From NCBI GenBank assembly GCA_021821785.1, contig JAKACD010000001.1, positions 39,964 through 103,963 on the forward strand: 64,000 nt of DNA, given 5' to 3'. The position numbers and the translations under genes are program-made. This document shows positions 47,455 through 56,796 of the stretch, one piece after another. Under the pieces are notes generated by a model that did not search any database, was not told the origin of the DNA, and was given only the letters and a program-made list of their open reading frames with translations. The stretch's first letter is position 1. The number at the start of each line of letters is the position of its first letter. The stretch is from Thermoplasmata archaeon (GTDB lineage: Archaea; Thermoplasmatota; Thermoplasmata; Lutacidiplasmatales; UBA184).

Positions 47455-48960
47455 TCATCCCGACTCGAGCGGCAGCAGCTCGTCCCAGGTCGGACGGCCG
47501 GGGGCTGCGCGGCGGCCGATCGCCGGGATCCCTACTCCGCTCCGGGCCAGCCACGCTCGCTGGACCGCCGTGAACCGGCCTCCTGCGAGGGGAAACTCCC
47601 AGTGGTCCGGCCCGGCGGTCACCGGAAGGCCTCCAGGGAGCGCGAATCTCGATGACGGGATGGTCAGCCCGACGTGAAGGTCCATGACGTTCGTGCCGGT
47701 CGGCCCGGTCCGGACGAGTTCGCCGAGCAAGTCGAGGGCCGAGTAGCTCGAATGCTCGCGGAGGGCCCGTGCGAGGTCGATCCCGCCGGCGCGAGCCCGC
47801 CGAACGGTCCGTCCGTCGACCCACCCCCCGGCGGCGTCGGTCGGACCATCGATCCCATCCGTACCTACGGAGAGGACGAGCGCCGCTCGGTCCGCGAGCG
47901 GAGAGGCCGCGGCAAGGGCGAACTCCTGGTTGCGGCCCCCGCGCCCGGGTCTCGGTCCGAGGGTGACGGTCGTCTCTCCGCCTGACAGGAGCGCGCGAGG
48001 CGCGCTTCCCCGCGACGCCCGCGCGACGCGGCGGGCGAAGGCCTCGGCGACAGGTTGGGTCTCCCCCGTGACGCGGCTCGAAAGGATCGTAGGGGCGTAA
48101 CCGCGGCGCGCCGCGGCGGCGGCCGCCGCCTCGAGGGCGAGCCGGTTCGTGGCGGCGAGAACGAACGGGGCCGCCCGCAATCGGGGGTCCGTGGGCTTCG
48201 GTGTCTCGGGATGGACCCCCCGGGCGCCCTCCCGCAGGTACTCCAGCACCCGGCGCGGAAGGGGTCGCCCCAGTCGGTACTCCCGCACGACCCGAAGCGC
48301 CTCTCGGAATCGGGTGGGATCTCCCACCGTGGGACCCGAGGCGATGTTCTCCGGGCGGTCGCCGACGACGTCGCTCAGCGCGACGGTCGCGAACCATCGG
48401 GCCCGGCCCCGCAACGCGAGCCGACCCCCCTTGAGCGCGGAGAGATGTCGACGGACGGCGTTCATCGACCCGATCGGCGCCCCGCTCGCGAGAAGGACCT
48501 CCGTGGTCCGGGTCAGATCGGCGGGGCCGAGCGGAGGCGCGGGTACGTCGGCGACGGCGGACCCGCCCCCAGAGATCAGGAACAGCACCGAGTCGTCGGA
48601 GCCTACGCTATCGAGCAACCGCAGCAGCCGCGCGCCGGCGCGCAGGCTCCCTTCCCGGGGCACCGGGTGCTCGCCATACTCGACCGGGATCGACGACGTC
48701 GGGGCCGGGTATCCGCGCGGGGTGACGGCCAGTCCCCGGGCGTCCCGGCCCACGATTCCGGCCGCGGCATCGGCCATCGCGGCCGCCGCCTTTCCGATCG
48801 CGACGAGGTACAGCTCCCCTTCGGGAACCCTCGAAAGGAGGTGATCCCCGACCCGAAGTCCCCGGGAGGTACGGGCGACCACCCGCCGGACCGCCCGGGC
48901 CGGGTCGACCGCGCGGATGCCGGCCCGAGCGATCGCGAGCGCGTCAGAAACGAGGGTCAC
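47455..48960 (-). CDS. gck: glycerate 2-kinase (MOFRL family)
   Basis: AIGKAA, HPVP, LISGGGS, IASGP, GGETTV, GRGGRNQE, TDGIDG, TGPTGTNVMD. Confidence 0.9.
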   Translation of the reverse strand: MTLVSDALAIARAGIRAVDPARAVRRVVARTSRGLRVGDHLLSRVPEGELYLVAIGKAAAAMADAAAGIVGRDARGLAVTPRGYPAPTSSIPVEYGEHPVPREGSLRAGARLLRLLDSVGSDDSVLFLISGGGSAVADVPAPPLGPADLTRTTEVLLASGAPIGSMNAVRRHLSALKGGRLALRGRARWFATVALSDVVGDRPENIASGPTVGDPTRFREALRVVREYRLGRPLPRRVLEYLREGARGVHPETPKPTDPRLRAAPFVLAATNRLALEAAAAAAARRGYAPTILSSRVTGETQPVAEAFARRVARASRGSAPRALLSGGETTVTLGPRPGRGGRNQEFALAAASPLADRAALVLSVGTDGIDGPTDAAGGWVDGRTVRRARAGGIDLARALREHSSYSALDLLGELVRTGPTGTNVMDLHVGLTIPSSRFALPGGLPVTAGPDHWEFPLAGGRFTAVQRAWLARSGVGIPAIGRRAAPGRPTWDELLPLESG

Positions 48961-50143
48961 GGCCCCCTTCCAGCGTGAACCCCGGACGGGGAAGGAACGG
49001 CGGCAGGTCCGAGGGGAACCGCGCGGGCAGCACCGGCGCGAGGAGTTCGAGCGCGGTCCGGTCCCCCTCCCCCGCGGCGAGGAGCTCGGCCAGGCGGCGC
49101 GCGACGCCGCCGGCCCGCATCACGCCGAAGCCGTTGAACCCCGCGAGCACGAAGCAGCCGGCCGCGTCGGGCAGCGGGCCGACGAGCGGTCGGCGATCGG
49201 GCGTCGAGCAGCAGACCCCGGCCCAGGATCGGACGAGCTCGGCCTCGGCCCAACCGGGAAAGCGCGTGAGGAAGCTCTCCGCGAGATGGGTCTCGAACGC
49301 CGCATCGCCCCCGGTCCGGAACTGCTCGGGGTCGACCTCGACGAGCTCGGTCCCGTCGCCGGCCAAGATGCGGCCGGCGGACTCCGGCCGCACGTAGACG
49401 TCGGTATCGATGTCATGGACCGACGGGAACTCGGGGACCGGGGGCGACGGCCGCAGGACCGCGGCCTGGGTACGGTACGGAGCGAGAGGCACCGGCCGCC
49501 CGATCTCCTTGAGGATCCGTTTCGTCCACGCCCCGGCGGCGACCACGACGCGGGGCGCGCGGACCGTGCGACCCCCGGCCTCGACCGCCCACCGGCCCTC
49601 GGAGCGGCGCAGCTTCCCGAAAGGAACCCCGAGCCAGAACTCGACGCCCGCCGCGCGGGCTCGCTCGGCGTACATCTCCGTCATGGCGCTCGGCGTCACG
49701 ACCGCATCGGTCGGGCTCCAGATCGCGGCCCGGACGTCCCCAAAGCGCCCCCACGGGACGCGGGTGGCGAGCTCGTCCCGGTCGAGACGCCGGACATCCA
49801 CGTTCCACGCGTGGAGCTGCTCGATCGCCCGATCGAGCACCCGTTCGGCCTCGGCCTGAACGGTCCACCGCGCGAAGCCGTTGACGGAGTACGCGGAGGG
49901 GTCCCGCTGGCGGGCGAGCGCGGCGTACTCCTCCTTCGACTCGCGGGTCACCGCCACGTCCCAAGCGTTCCAGAGCTGCTCCGTGACGATCCCCGCGGCG
50001 CGGCCGCTCGCCCCGGCCGCCGGGATCCGAGGGTCGTAGACCACGACCGGGCCGACGCGGCGGCGGGCCAGATGGTCGGCGAGGGCGCAGCCGGCGATCC
50101 CGGCACCCAGGATCACCACTTCGGCCGTATCGGACGTCGGCAC
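48944..50143 (-). CDS. FAD-dependent oxidoreductase (DAO/sarcosine oxidase beta-like)
   Basis: GAGIAG, GASGRAAG, VAAGAW, TPDRRPLVG, GFNGFG. Confidence 0.88.
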   Translation of the reverse strand: MPTSDTAEVVILGAGIAGCALADHLARRRVGPVVVYDPRIPAAGASGRAAGIVTEQLWNAWDVAVTRESKEEYAALARQRDPSAYSVNGFARWTVQAEAERVLDRAIEQLHAWNVDVRRLDRDELATRVPWGRFGDVRAAIWSPTDAVVTPSAMTEMYAERARAAGVEFWLGVPFGKLRRSEGRWAVEAGGRTVRAPRVVVAAGAWTKRILKEIGRPVPLAPYRTQAAVLRPSPPVPEFPSVHDIDTDVYVRPESAGRILAGDGTELVEVDPEQFRTGGDAAFETHLAESFLTRFPGWAEAELVRSWAGVCCSTPDRRPLVGPLPDAAGCFVLAGFNGFGVMRAGGVARRLAELLAAGEGDRTALELLAPVLPARFPSDLPPFLPRPGFTLEGGRDPRF

Positions 50144-50166
50144 GTCCGCCCCGAGGGGTCTCGGGG

Positions 50167-51081
50167 TTAATACTGCGGCTTGGCGCGCTGGTAGGCGTCC
50201 CGAAGAGCCTGGGTGTCCACGTGCGTGTAGATCTGGGTCGTAGCGACCGAGGCGTGGCCCAGAAGCTTCTGGATGTAGCGGATGTCGCAGCCCCGCGAGA
50301 GGAGGGCCGTCGCGAGCGTGTGGCGGAGCATGTGCGGCGTGACCCGTCGGGGGATCCCGGCGACCTGGGCGCCGCGCCGCACGATCCGCTCCACGGTCAC
50401 CGGACCGACCGGGAACAGACGCGAGTTCGATTCGCCCGCGAGCGTACGCTCGGTGAGGTATCGGTCGATCGCCGCGCGGGTGCGGTCCTCGAGCACGACC
50501 TCCCGGTCCTTGTCGCCCTTGCCGCTGCGAACATGGAGCACGTTCCGCTCGAACTCGATGTCCTCGAGCAAGAGGTGACACAGCTCGCTCACCCGGAGCC
50601 CCGCGAACGCGAGCACGTGGACGATCGCGCTGTCCCGTGGGGAGTCGCGCACGGCCTCGAAGAGCCGGCGCATCTCTTCCTCCCCTAGGTAGCGGGGGAG
50701 CCGCTCCGGCCGGCGCGGAGGCTCGAGCTGGTCGGCGACCGAGAGACCGAAGCTGCGGAACAGGCAGGCGAGGCCCCGTACGGTGGTATAGAGCGAGTTC
50801 TTCGAGTAATGCCGCTGCAGGACGAGATACTCCCGGTACGCCTCGAGATCGTGGAGCGTCACCTCCTCGAGCGGCTTCTGGGTGTACGCGAGGAACGTGC
50901 GGGCGATGTGGCCGTACTGCTTGACCGTGCAGGGGCTCCGCTCCTGGGATTGGAGGAGCCGCTGGAAACGGTCGACGAGCTCCCCCAGACTAAAGGCGGC
51001 CGTGCCCTCGGCCCCGGCGAACGAGCTCCGGGGGCGCCGCGCGATGGCGGCGGAGCGAGACATCGGAACCGAGGAGGCCAT
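50167..51081 (-). CDS. xerA: tyrosine recombinase XerA
   Basis: RLPRYL, GLRVSEL, GKGDKDR, TPHMLRH, LLGHAS..TTQIYTH. Confidence 0.88.
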   Translation of the reverse strand: MASSVPMSRSAAIARRPRSSFAGAEGTAAFSLGELVDRFQRLLQSQERSPCTVKQYGHIARTFLAYTQKPLEEVTLHDLEAYREYLVLQRHYSKNSLYTTVRGLACLFRSFGLSVADQLEPPRRPERLPRYLGEEEMRRLFEAVRDSPRDSAIVHVLAFAGLRVSELCHLLLEDIEFERNVLHVRSGKGDKDREVVLEDRTRAAIDRYLTERTLAGESNSRLFPVGPVTVERIVRRGAQVAGIPRRVTPHMLRHTLATALLSRGCDIRYIQKLLGHASVATTQIYTHVDTQALRDAYQRAKPQY

Positions 51082-51181
51082 CGAACCTCGCTGGCCCGGA
51101 TTCGCTTAATAATCGTATGCGCGCAGTGGAACCGTACCTCGCGCTCGGTTCTCAAATATACCGGAACCGTGGGTCTCGATC

Positions 51182-52123
51182 GTGCGCTGCGACGCGTGCG
51201 ACGCCCCGGCCATCGTCGATCAGCCGTATCGGGGAGCCCACGTCTGCGACCGTCATCTCGCCGAGTCCGTGGAGGAACGCGTCCGACGCGAGATCCATCG
51301 TCAGCTGCCGAGGTTCGGTCGGGGGACCGTCGCGGTCGCCCTCTCGGGCGGCAAGGACTCGTCGGTCGCCCTCAGCCTGGCGGCCCGGTACTTCCGTCGT
51401 CGTCCCACCGTCCGCGTGGTCGCGCTCACGGTGGACGAGGGGATCGAAGGCTACCGGCCCCCCACCCTCCGGGCCGCCGAGGCGCTCGCCCAGGCGCTCG
51501 GGGTCGAGCACCGCATCGTCCGCGCCGAGGAGGAGCTCGGCACGACGATCGACCGGACCGCCCGCGACCTCCCGGGCACCGTGCCGTGCTCGTTCTGCGG
51601 CGTCTGGCGCCGGCGCCTGTTGAACCGGGCCGCGCGGGAGGTAGGCGCCGACGCCCTCGTGCTCGGCTTCAACCTGGACGACCTCGCGCAGACCGTGCTC
51701 ATGAACCTCGTGCGGGGCGACCTCGACCGGCTCGTGCGGATGGCCCCGCATCGGACCCGCCAGGAGGGACTCGTCCCCCGGGTCGCGCCGCTCGCCCCGA
51801 TCCCGGAGCGCGAGGTCTTCCTCTACGCCCGCGGGAAGGGGTTGCCGTTCGATCACGGAGAGTGCCCGCACGCGGGGCGTGCCTCGCGGAACCTCTTCCG
51901 GGAGCTCGTCTGGCAGCTCGAGGAGGCGCAGCCGGGCACCCGGCAATCGCTCCTCAGGACCCAGGAGCGCCTGGTCGGCCTCTGGCTGCGCGGCGAAGAG
52001 GTGGGAGCGCCCGACCGATGTCGGGTCTGTGGCGAACCGTCCGCGCACGCGGTCTGCCGGGCCTGCGAGTACCTCCGCGTGGCCCGTCCTCCGCTCCCGT
52101 CGGCGCCTTCGGAGGCCGCGTGA
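51182..52123 (+). CDS. tRNA 2-thiolation protein (TtuA/NcsA family)
   Basis: SGGKDS PP-loop, CSFCGVWRR, NLDD, terminal zinc fingers. Confidence 0.88.
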   Translation: MRCDACDAPAIVDQPYRGAHVCDRHLAESVEERVRREIHRQLPRFGRGTVAVALSGGKDSSVALSLAARYFRRRPTVRVVALTVDEGIEGYRPPTLRAAEALAQALGVEHRIVRAEEELGTTIDRTARDLPGTVPCSFCGVWRRRLLNRAAREVGADALVLGFNLDDLAQTVLMNLVRGDLDRLVRMAPHRTRQEGLVPRVAPLAPIPEREVFLYARGKGLPFDHGECPHAGRASRNLFRELVWQLEEAQPGTRQSLLRTQERLVGLWLRGEEVGAPDRCRVCGEPSAHAVCRACEYLRVARPPLPSAPSEAA

Positions 52124-53034
52124 GCGCGGAGGCCGAGATCTCCGTGGGGAGCGACCCCCGACAGTCGGTCCGCAAGCGGGTCTTCGTGGTGGGGGCGGGG
52201 ATCATGGGCAGCGGGATCGCCGCCCAGGCGGCCCTCGCCGGCTACCCGGTCACGCTCGAGGACATGAACGAGGAGCTTGCCCGACGGGGCCTCGCGAACG
52301 CGACGCGGGCCCTCGACCACGCCGTCGCCCGCCAGAAGGTCGGGGCCGGCGACCGCGCTGCGGCGCTCGGGCGGATCGAGATCGCGATCGGTCTACGGCG
52401 CGCCGGTGCGGCCCAGATCATCATCGAAGCGGCTTCCGAGGACCTCGCGCTCAAGCGACGGATCTTCCAGGAGCTCGAGACCGTGGCGCAGCCCACCGCG
52501 CTGCTCGCCTCCAACACTTCGTCGCTGCCGATCACCTCGATCGGACAGGACCTCGGGGACCCGGGACGCCTGGTCGGCCTGCACTTCTTCAACCCGGTGC
52601 TCCAGATGCCGCTGGTCGAGCTGATCCCGGGGCTCACGACCCGGCCCGAGGTCCTGGAGAGCGCCCGGTCGTTCGCCGAGAGCCTCGGCAAGACGGTCGT
52701 CGCGTCGCGCGACACGCCCGGCTTCGTCACCACGAGGGCGCTCGCGGTCCTCCTCAACGAAGCGGCCTGGATGCTGTACGAAGGGGTCGCGACGAAGGAG
52801 GATATCGATACCGCCTACAAGCTCGGCTTCCACCACCCGATGGGGCCGTTCGAGCTCGTCGACCTGGTCGGGATCGATACGGCGGTCGCCATCCTCGACG
52901 TCCTTTGGGACGGGTTCCGGGACAGCCGCTACCGGGTCTGCCCCCTCCTCCGTTCGATGGTGGCCGCGAAGAAGCTCGGGCGCAAGACCGGGGAAGGGTT
53001 CTATGTGTATCCGCCCCCCTCGGTACCCCCATGA
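52120..53034 (+). CDS. 3-hydroxyacyl-CoA dehydrogenase
   Basis: GAGIMGSGIA, ASNTSSL, GLHFFNP, HPMGP, LGRKTGEGFY. Confidence 0.92.
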   Translation: MSAEAEISVGSDPRQSVRKRVFVVGAGIMGSGIAAQAALAGYPVTLEDMNEELARRGLANATRALDHAVARQKVGAGDRAAALGRIEIAIGLRRAGAAQIIIEAASEDLALKRRIFQELETVAQPTALLASNTSSLPITSIGQDLGDPGRLVGLHFFNPVLQMPLVELIPGLTTRPEVLESARSFAESLGKTVVASRDTPGFVTTRALAVLLNEAAWMLYEGVATKEDIDTAYKLGFHHPMGPFELVDLVGIDTAVAILDVLWDGFRDSRYRVCPLLRSMVAAKKLGRKTGEGFYVYPPPSVPP

Positions 53035-53873
53035 GCGACTTTTCCGGCCTGTTCGGGCTGCTCGCCCTGGTGGTCATCTCGCTCATTCCCGCGCTGCTCT
53101 ACCTCACCTGGGTCCGCCGCTCGGAACGGTACCGGACCCAGGGCTGGGGACCCCTGCTCAGCGCCTTCGCCTACGGCGCGTTGTTTGCCACGCTGACGGC
53201 CGCGGTCGTCGAGGGCATCCTCGTCGCGCTCGGGACGGCGGTCAGCCAGCAGTACCCGGGCCCCGAGTTCGTCTTTCTCAACGGGAACTCGACCCTCGGC
53301 GCGTTCTTCTTGGTCCTCGTGATCGCCCCGTTCGTCGAGGAAGCGCTCAAGGCCTCGGGGGTCGCGGCGAACCGGCGGCGGATGGCCCTCGTCGCCGACG
53401 GCCCGGTCTTCGGGGCGTCCGTCGGGCTGGGCTTCGGGTTCTTCGAGACGTTCCTCTACGGCCTCGGCGCCTACCTCGTGGGGGGCCTCGCTGCGGGGAT
53501 CTTCCTGATCCTGGTGCGCAGCGTCTCGAGCGTCGTCCTTCACGGGAGCTCCACCGGCATGTTCGGCTACGGCTACGCCCGCGGGAAGTTCGGCGTCCGG
53601 GGTCCCGCGAGCGGGAGCTACTACCTCCTCGCGGTCGCGATGCACGCCGGGTTCAACGCGCTCGCCTCCCTCGGAGCGATCCTGGCGTTCCTCGCCCTGC
53701 CGGCGCTCGCGACCGAGGCCGCCACCCTCCTCGCCCTCTTCGCGGCGATCGCCTTCGCGTTCGTCGCGATCGAGCACGTGCGCTCGGTGATCCAGTCCTC
53801 GGACTACCCGGCGCTGCTCAAGGGAACGGCTCCGTTCCGACCGAGCCCGCGGCCGCCGCCGCGGGGGCGCTGA
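53031..53873 (+). CDS. PrsW-family intramembrane metalloprotease
   Basis: APFVEEALK, GFGFFE, LH, MHAGFN. Confidence 0.85.
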   Translation: MSDFSGLFGLLALVVISLIPALLYLTWVRRSERYRTQGWGPLLSAFAYGALFATLTAAVVEGILVALGTAVSQQYPGPEFVFLNGNSTLGAFFLVLVIAPFVEEALKASGVAANRRRMALVADGPVFGASVGLGFGFFETFLYGLGAYLVGGLAAGIFLILVRSVSSVVLHGSSTGMFGYGYARGKFGVRGPASGSYYLLAVAMHAGFNALASLGAILAFLALPALATEAATLLALFAAIAFAFVAIEHVRSVIQSSDYPALLKGTAPFRPSPRPPPRGR

Positions 53874-53883
53874 CCGGGATCGG

Positions 53884-54282
53884 CTAGCTCTTCGGCGGGG
53901 CCGCGTCGGCCCGGCGCTGCCAGGCGGCTTCTCCGATCGAGCGATACACCGACTCCGCGTCCTGGGCGGGGGGGGCTTCGCCGGACTGGCCGACATCTCG
54001 TATCCGCGCCTTCTTCAGGAGCCAATAGTGGATCCGCCAGGTCTTGCCACGGGAGACGGTCGCGTCCTCTTCTTCGCTCGTGAGGAGTCCCTCCTCCTCG
54101 AGCTGGTAGAAGCGGTCGCGGTCCTCGCTCGAGAGCTTGTTGTCCAGCACGCTGTCGTCGGCCCCGAAGTAGCCGAGGATCATGCGAGCGATCGGCCGCG
54201 CCTCGGGCTGCGAGATCTTGCCGTGGGCGACCAGGGTACGCTCGATCGCGCGAAGGAGCTCGGCCTCGGTGATCGACGCCAT
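53884..54282 (-). CDS. DUF6015-like Thermoplasmata conserved protein
   Basis: FG....LDN.L..EDRD.FY.LEEEGLL....G..WRIHYW pattern, recognised from memory. Confidence 0.7.
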   Translation of the reverse strand: MASITEAELLRAIERTLVAHGKISQPEARPIARMILGYFGADDSVLDNKLSSEDRDRFYQLEEEGLLTSEEEDATVSRGKTWRIHYWLLKKARIRDVGQSGEAPPAQDAESVYRSIGEAAWQRRADAAPPKS

Positions 54283-54377
54283 CGGTCCGGGCGGCCCACG
54301 GTTTCCGCTCGTAAAAGCTATGCCCGACCTTCGGCGGAGGCCCGTCACGGTTTAGTGGGTCCTCGGGTCGGGGCTCC

Positions 54378-55613
54378 GTGGCCGGTTCCGAGAGCTTCTC
54401 CCCCGACGAGCCCGCGCTCGCCGCCGCGCGCCGCGCCCTCGGCCGGGGGCTCTGCCCCGAATGCTTGGGGCGGTTGTTCGGGCGGCTCGGGCATGGCCTC
54501 ACGAACCCGGAGCGGGCGGCGCGGCTCGTGGCCGCCCTGGGGACGACCTTGCCCCCGCTCTCCGCGCCGTGCGCGCTCTGTCAGGGGACGTTCGCCCGGC
54601 TCTCGACCTGGGTCGAGCGCGCCGAGCGGGCGGCGACCGGGTACGAGTGGCACCGGTTCACCTGCGGTTCTCGCTGGGACCCCGAATTGCTCGCGCGGGA
54701 GGAGGCGCTCTGGGGCGAGGTCGGGACTGCCTGGGGCGAGAGCGCGCGGGCGGCCTTCAACCGGGAGCTCGGGAAGGAGATCGAGCGGGCGACCGGGGCT
54801 CGGGGCGGCACGGAGGGGGCCGAGGTCGTCTTCCTCGCGGACCTGCCGGTCGGTCGGGCCGAGATGACCGTGCTGCCGGTCTATTTCCGGGGCCGGTACC
54901 GCAAGCTCGACCGGACCCTCCCCCAGACGCGCTGGCCGTGCCGTCGCTGCCAGGGCCGCGGATGCGATGCCTGCGGGGGCACCGGGAAGACCTATCCCAC
55001 CAGCGTCGAAGAGGTGATCGCCGCCCCGTTCCTCCGGGCGACCGACGGCGCGGGCAGCCGGTTCCACGGGATGGGGCGGGAGGACATCGACGCCCGGATG
55101 CTCGGTCGGGGCCGGCCGTTCGTCCTCGAGATCCTGCGCCCGCGCACCCGCTCGGTCGATCTGGGGCCGATCGCCGAGGCGCTCGCCCGGGAGGGCCGAG
55201 AGAAGGTCGAAGTGCTCGACCTTGCCCCCGCCGAGGCGGCCGAGGTGGTCCGGGTGAAGGAGGCGAGCCCGGAGAAGAGCTACCGCGTCGGCATCGAGGG
55301 GGCGGTCGCGGTGGCAAAGGTTAATGAGGCCCTGACATTCGCCGTGGGTCGAGCGATCGCCCAGCGAACGCCCACCCGCGTCGCCCATCGGCGTTCCGAC
55401 CGCGTCCGAACGCGGCGGATCGTCCAAGCGCGCGTCGTGGAGGCGACGGAGGGCCGGTTCACGCTCGAGCTGAGGACCGAGGCCGGTACCTACGTCAAGG
55501 AGTGGGTGGAAGGAGATGGAGGACGCACCGACCCGAGCCTATCGAGCCTCGTGGGGGTCCCCCTGAGGGTCGCGTTCCTCGACGTGCTGGAGATCCACGA
55601 CACGGAGGCGTAG
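54378..55613 (+). CDS. pus10: tRNA pseudouridine(54/55) synthase Pus10
   Basis: GRYRK, PQTRW, GREDIDARMLG.GRPF, QRTPTRV, AGTYVKE. Confidence 0.93.
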   Translation: MAGSESFSPDEPALAAARRALGRGLCPECLGRLFGRLGHGLTNPERAARLVAALGTTLPPLSAPCALCQGTFARLSTWVERAERAATGYEWHRFTCGSRWDPELLAREEALWGEVGTAWGESARAAFNRELGKEIERATGARGGTEGAEVVFLADLPVGRAEMTVLPVYFRGRYRKLDRTLPQTRWPCRRCQGRGCDACGGTGKTYPTSVEEVIAAPFLRATDGAGSRFHGMGREDIDARMLGRGRPFVLEILRPRTRSVDLGPIAEALAREGREKVEVLDLAPAEAAEVVRVKEASPEKSYRVGIEGAVAVAKVNEALTFAVGRAIAQRTPTRVAHRRSDRVRTRRIVQARVVEATEGRFTLELRTEAGTYVKEWVEGDGGRTDPSLSSLVGVPLRVAFLDVLEIHDTEA

Positions 55614-55928
55614 ATGGTCAAGAGTTCGAAGGGATTCCGTTCCCGCTCCCGCGGCACCTTCACGAAGGAGGTGCGCGAGCGCGGGCTCCCGCCGGTGACC
55701 CGGTTCCTGCGCGAGTTCGCGGTCGGTCAGAAGGTCTCGGTCCGCATCGAGCCGTCGGACCCGCATGGCCAGCCCCACCCCCGTTACCAGGGGCGCACCT
55801 GCACCGTCATTGGGAAGGTCGGCCGGGCGTACCGCATCGAGTTCCTGGACGGCCGGAAGCGAAAGGAGCTCATCGCGAACCCGATCCATCTCATTCCCGC
55901 CGGGGAGGCAACGGGCGGCCATGCCTGA
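55614..55928 (+). CDS. rpl21e: 50S ribosomal protein L21e
   Basis: SKGFRSRSR, GQPHPRYQGRT, PIHL. Confidence 0.93.
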   Translation: MVKSSKGFRSRSRGTFTKEVRERGLPPVTRFLREFAVGQKVSVRIEPSDPHGQPHPRYQGRTCTVIGKVGRAYRIEFLDGRKRKELIANPIHLIPAGEATGGHA

Positions 55929-56235
55929 TCCGGTTCCGCTCGCCCGGGTCAAGGACCTCCTCACGGAGGAAGGGACCCGCCGCACGCTCCCCCGGGAGGC
56001 CGGGCTCGCGCTGCAGCACGCCGAGCTGTTCGCCCGACTCTCGACCGAGGCCACGACCAAGCTCATCGAGGAGCTCCGGACGCTGCCGCTCATCGACGCC
56101 GCCGTGGCCGTCAAGATCGCCGACACGCTGCCACAATACCCCGAAGAGATCCGCCTGCTCTTTTCCAAGGAGCGGGTGCCGCTCGACGAGGAACAGGTCG
56201 CCCGGATCCTCGAGATCGTGGCGCATCACCGATGA
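55921..56235 (+). CDS. rpoF: RNA polymerase subunit F (Rpo4)
   Basis: AVKIADTLP..EEIRL; conserved position after rpl21e. Confidence 0.88.
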   Translation: MPDPVPLARVKDLLTEEGTRRTLPREAGLALQHAELFARLSTEATTKLIEELRTLPLIDAAVAVKIADTLPQYPEEIRLLFSKERVPLDEEQVARILEIVAHHR

Positions 56236-56250
56236 GCCGGCGGGGGGCCC

Positions 56251-56796
56251 GTGGAGAACTACGCGTACATCTTGGACTACCTGCCCACCGGCCGGCAGAC
56301 CGAGCGCGGCTTCCACCGGGAGCCGCTCGCCCTCGCGGTCGGTGAGGACGAGCTCAAGCTCTTCGAGCTCGTCCCGCGGCCCGGGGTCGCCCTGGCACCG
56401 GGGGCGCGGGTGCCGCTCGTCCCGGTCGCCGGAGCAGCGCCGCTCGTCGACCATGTCCGGCGACGGCTCGGCTTCGACGAGCTGACCGTCGCGGCCCGGA
56501 CCGAGCTGCCGAACGTCCTCGAATCGATCGTGAAGGCGAACAGCGCGCGCTACCTGCGCTTCTTCAACGAGGCGCCGGCCGTCTCGCGTCGGTTCCACCT
56601 GCTTGAGCTCCTGCCGGGGATCGGCAAGAAGACGATGCAGCAGATCGTGGACGAGCGGCGGCGCGCCCCGTTCACGAGCTTCGCCGAGATCGAGAGCCGG
56701 CTCCATCTCAAGAACCCCGAGCGGCTCATCGTCGGCCGCATCGAGCAGGAACTGAGCGGTGTCGAGGACAAGTACCGGCTCTTCGTCGCGCCGTAG
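56251..56796 (+). CDS. DUF655 putative RNA-binding protein
   Basis: YAYILDYLP.G, FFNEA, HLLELLPGIGKK helix-hairpin-helix. Confidence 0.88.
   Translation: MENYAYILDYLPTGRQTERGFHREPLALAVGEDELKLFELVPRPGVALAPGARVPLVPVAGAAPLVDHVRRRLGFDELTVAARTELPNVLESIVKANSARYLRFFNEAPAVSRRFHLLELLPGIGKKTMQQIVDERRRAPFTSFAEIESRLHLKNPERLIVGRIEQELSGVEDKYRLFVAP

Noticed and set aside
47560-47670. GGGGAAACTCC resembling the RNase P RNA P4 5' strand
   Set aside because: No matching 3' consensus; lies within the glycerate kinase ORF on the opposite strand
50167-51081. Tyrosine recombinase as a mobile-element integrase
   Set aside because: Size, motifs and housekeeping neighbours fit chromosomal XerA; no att sites or cargo genes
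51095-51130. Possible dif-like site upstream of xerA (GATTCGCTTAA TAATC GTATGCGCGCA)
   Set aside because: Spacer and arm symmetry do not fit TAA-N6-TTA; more simply explained as the xerA TATA box
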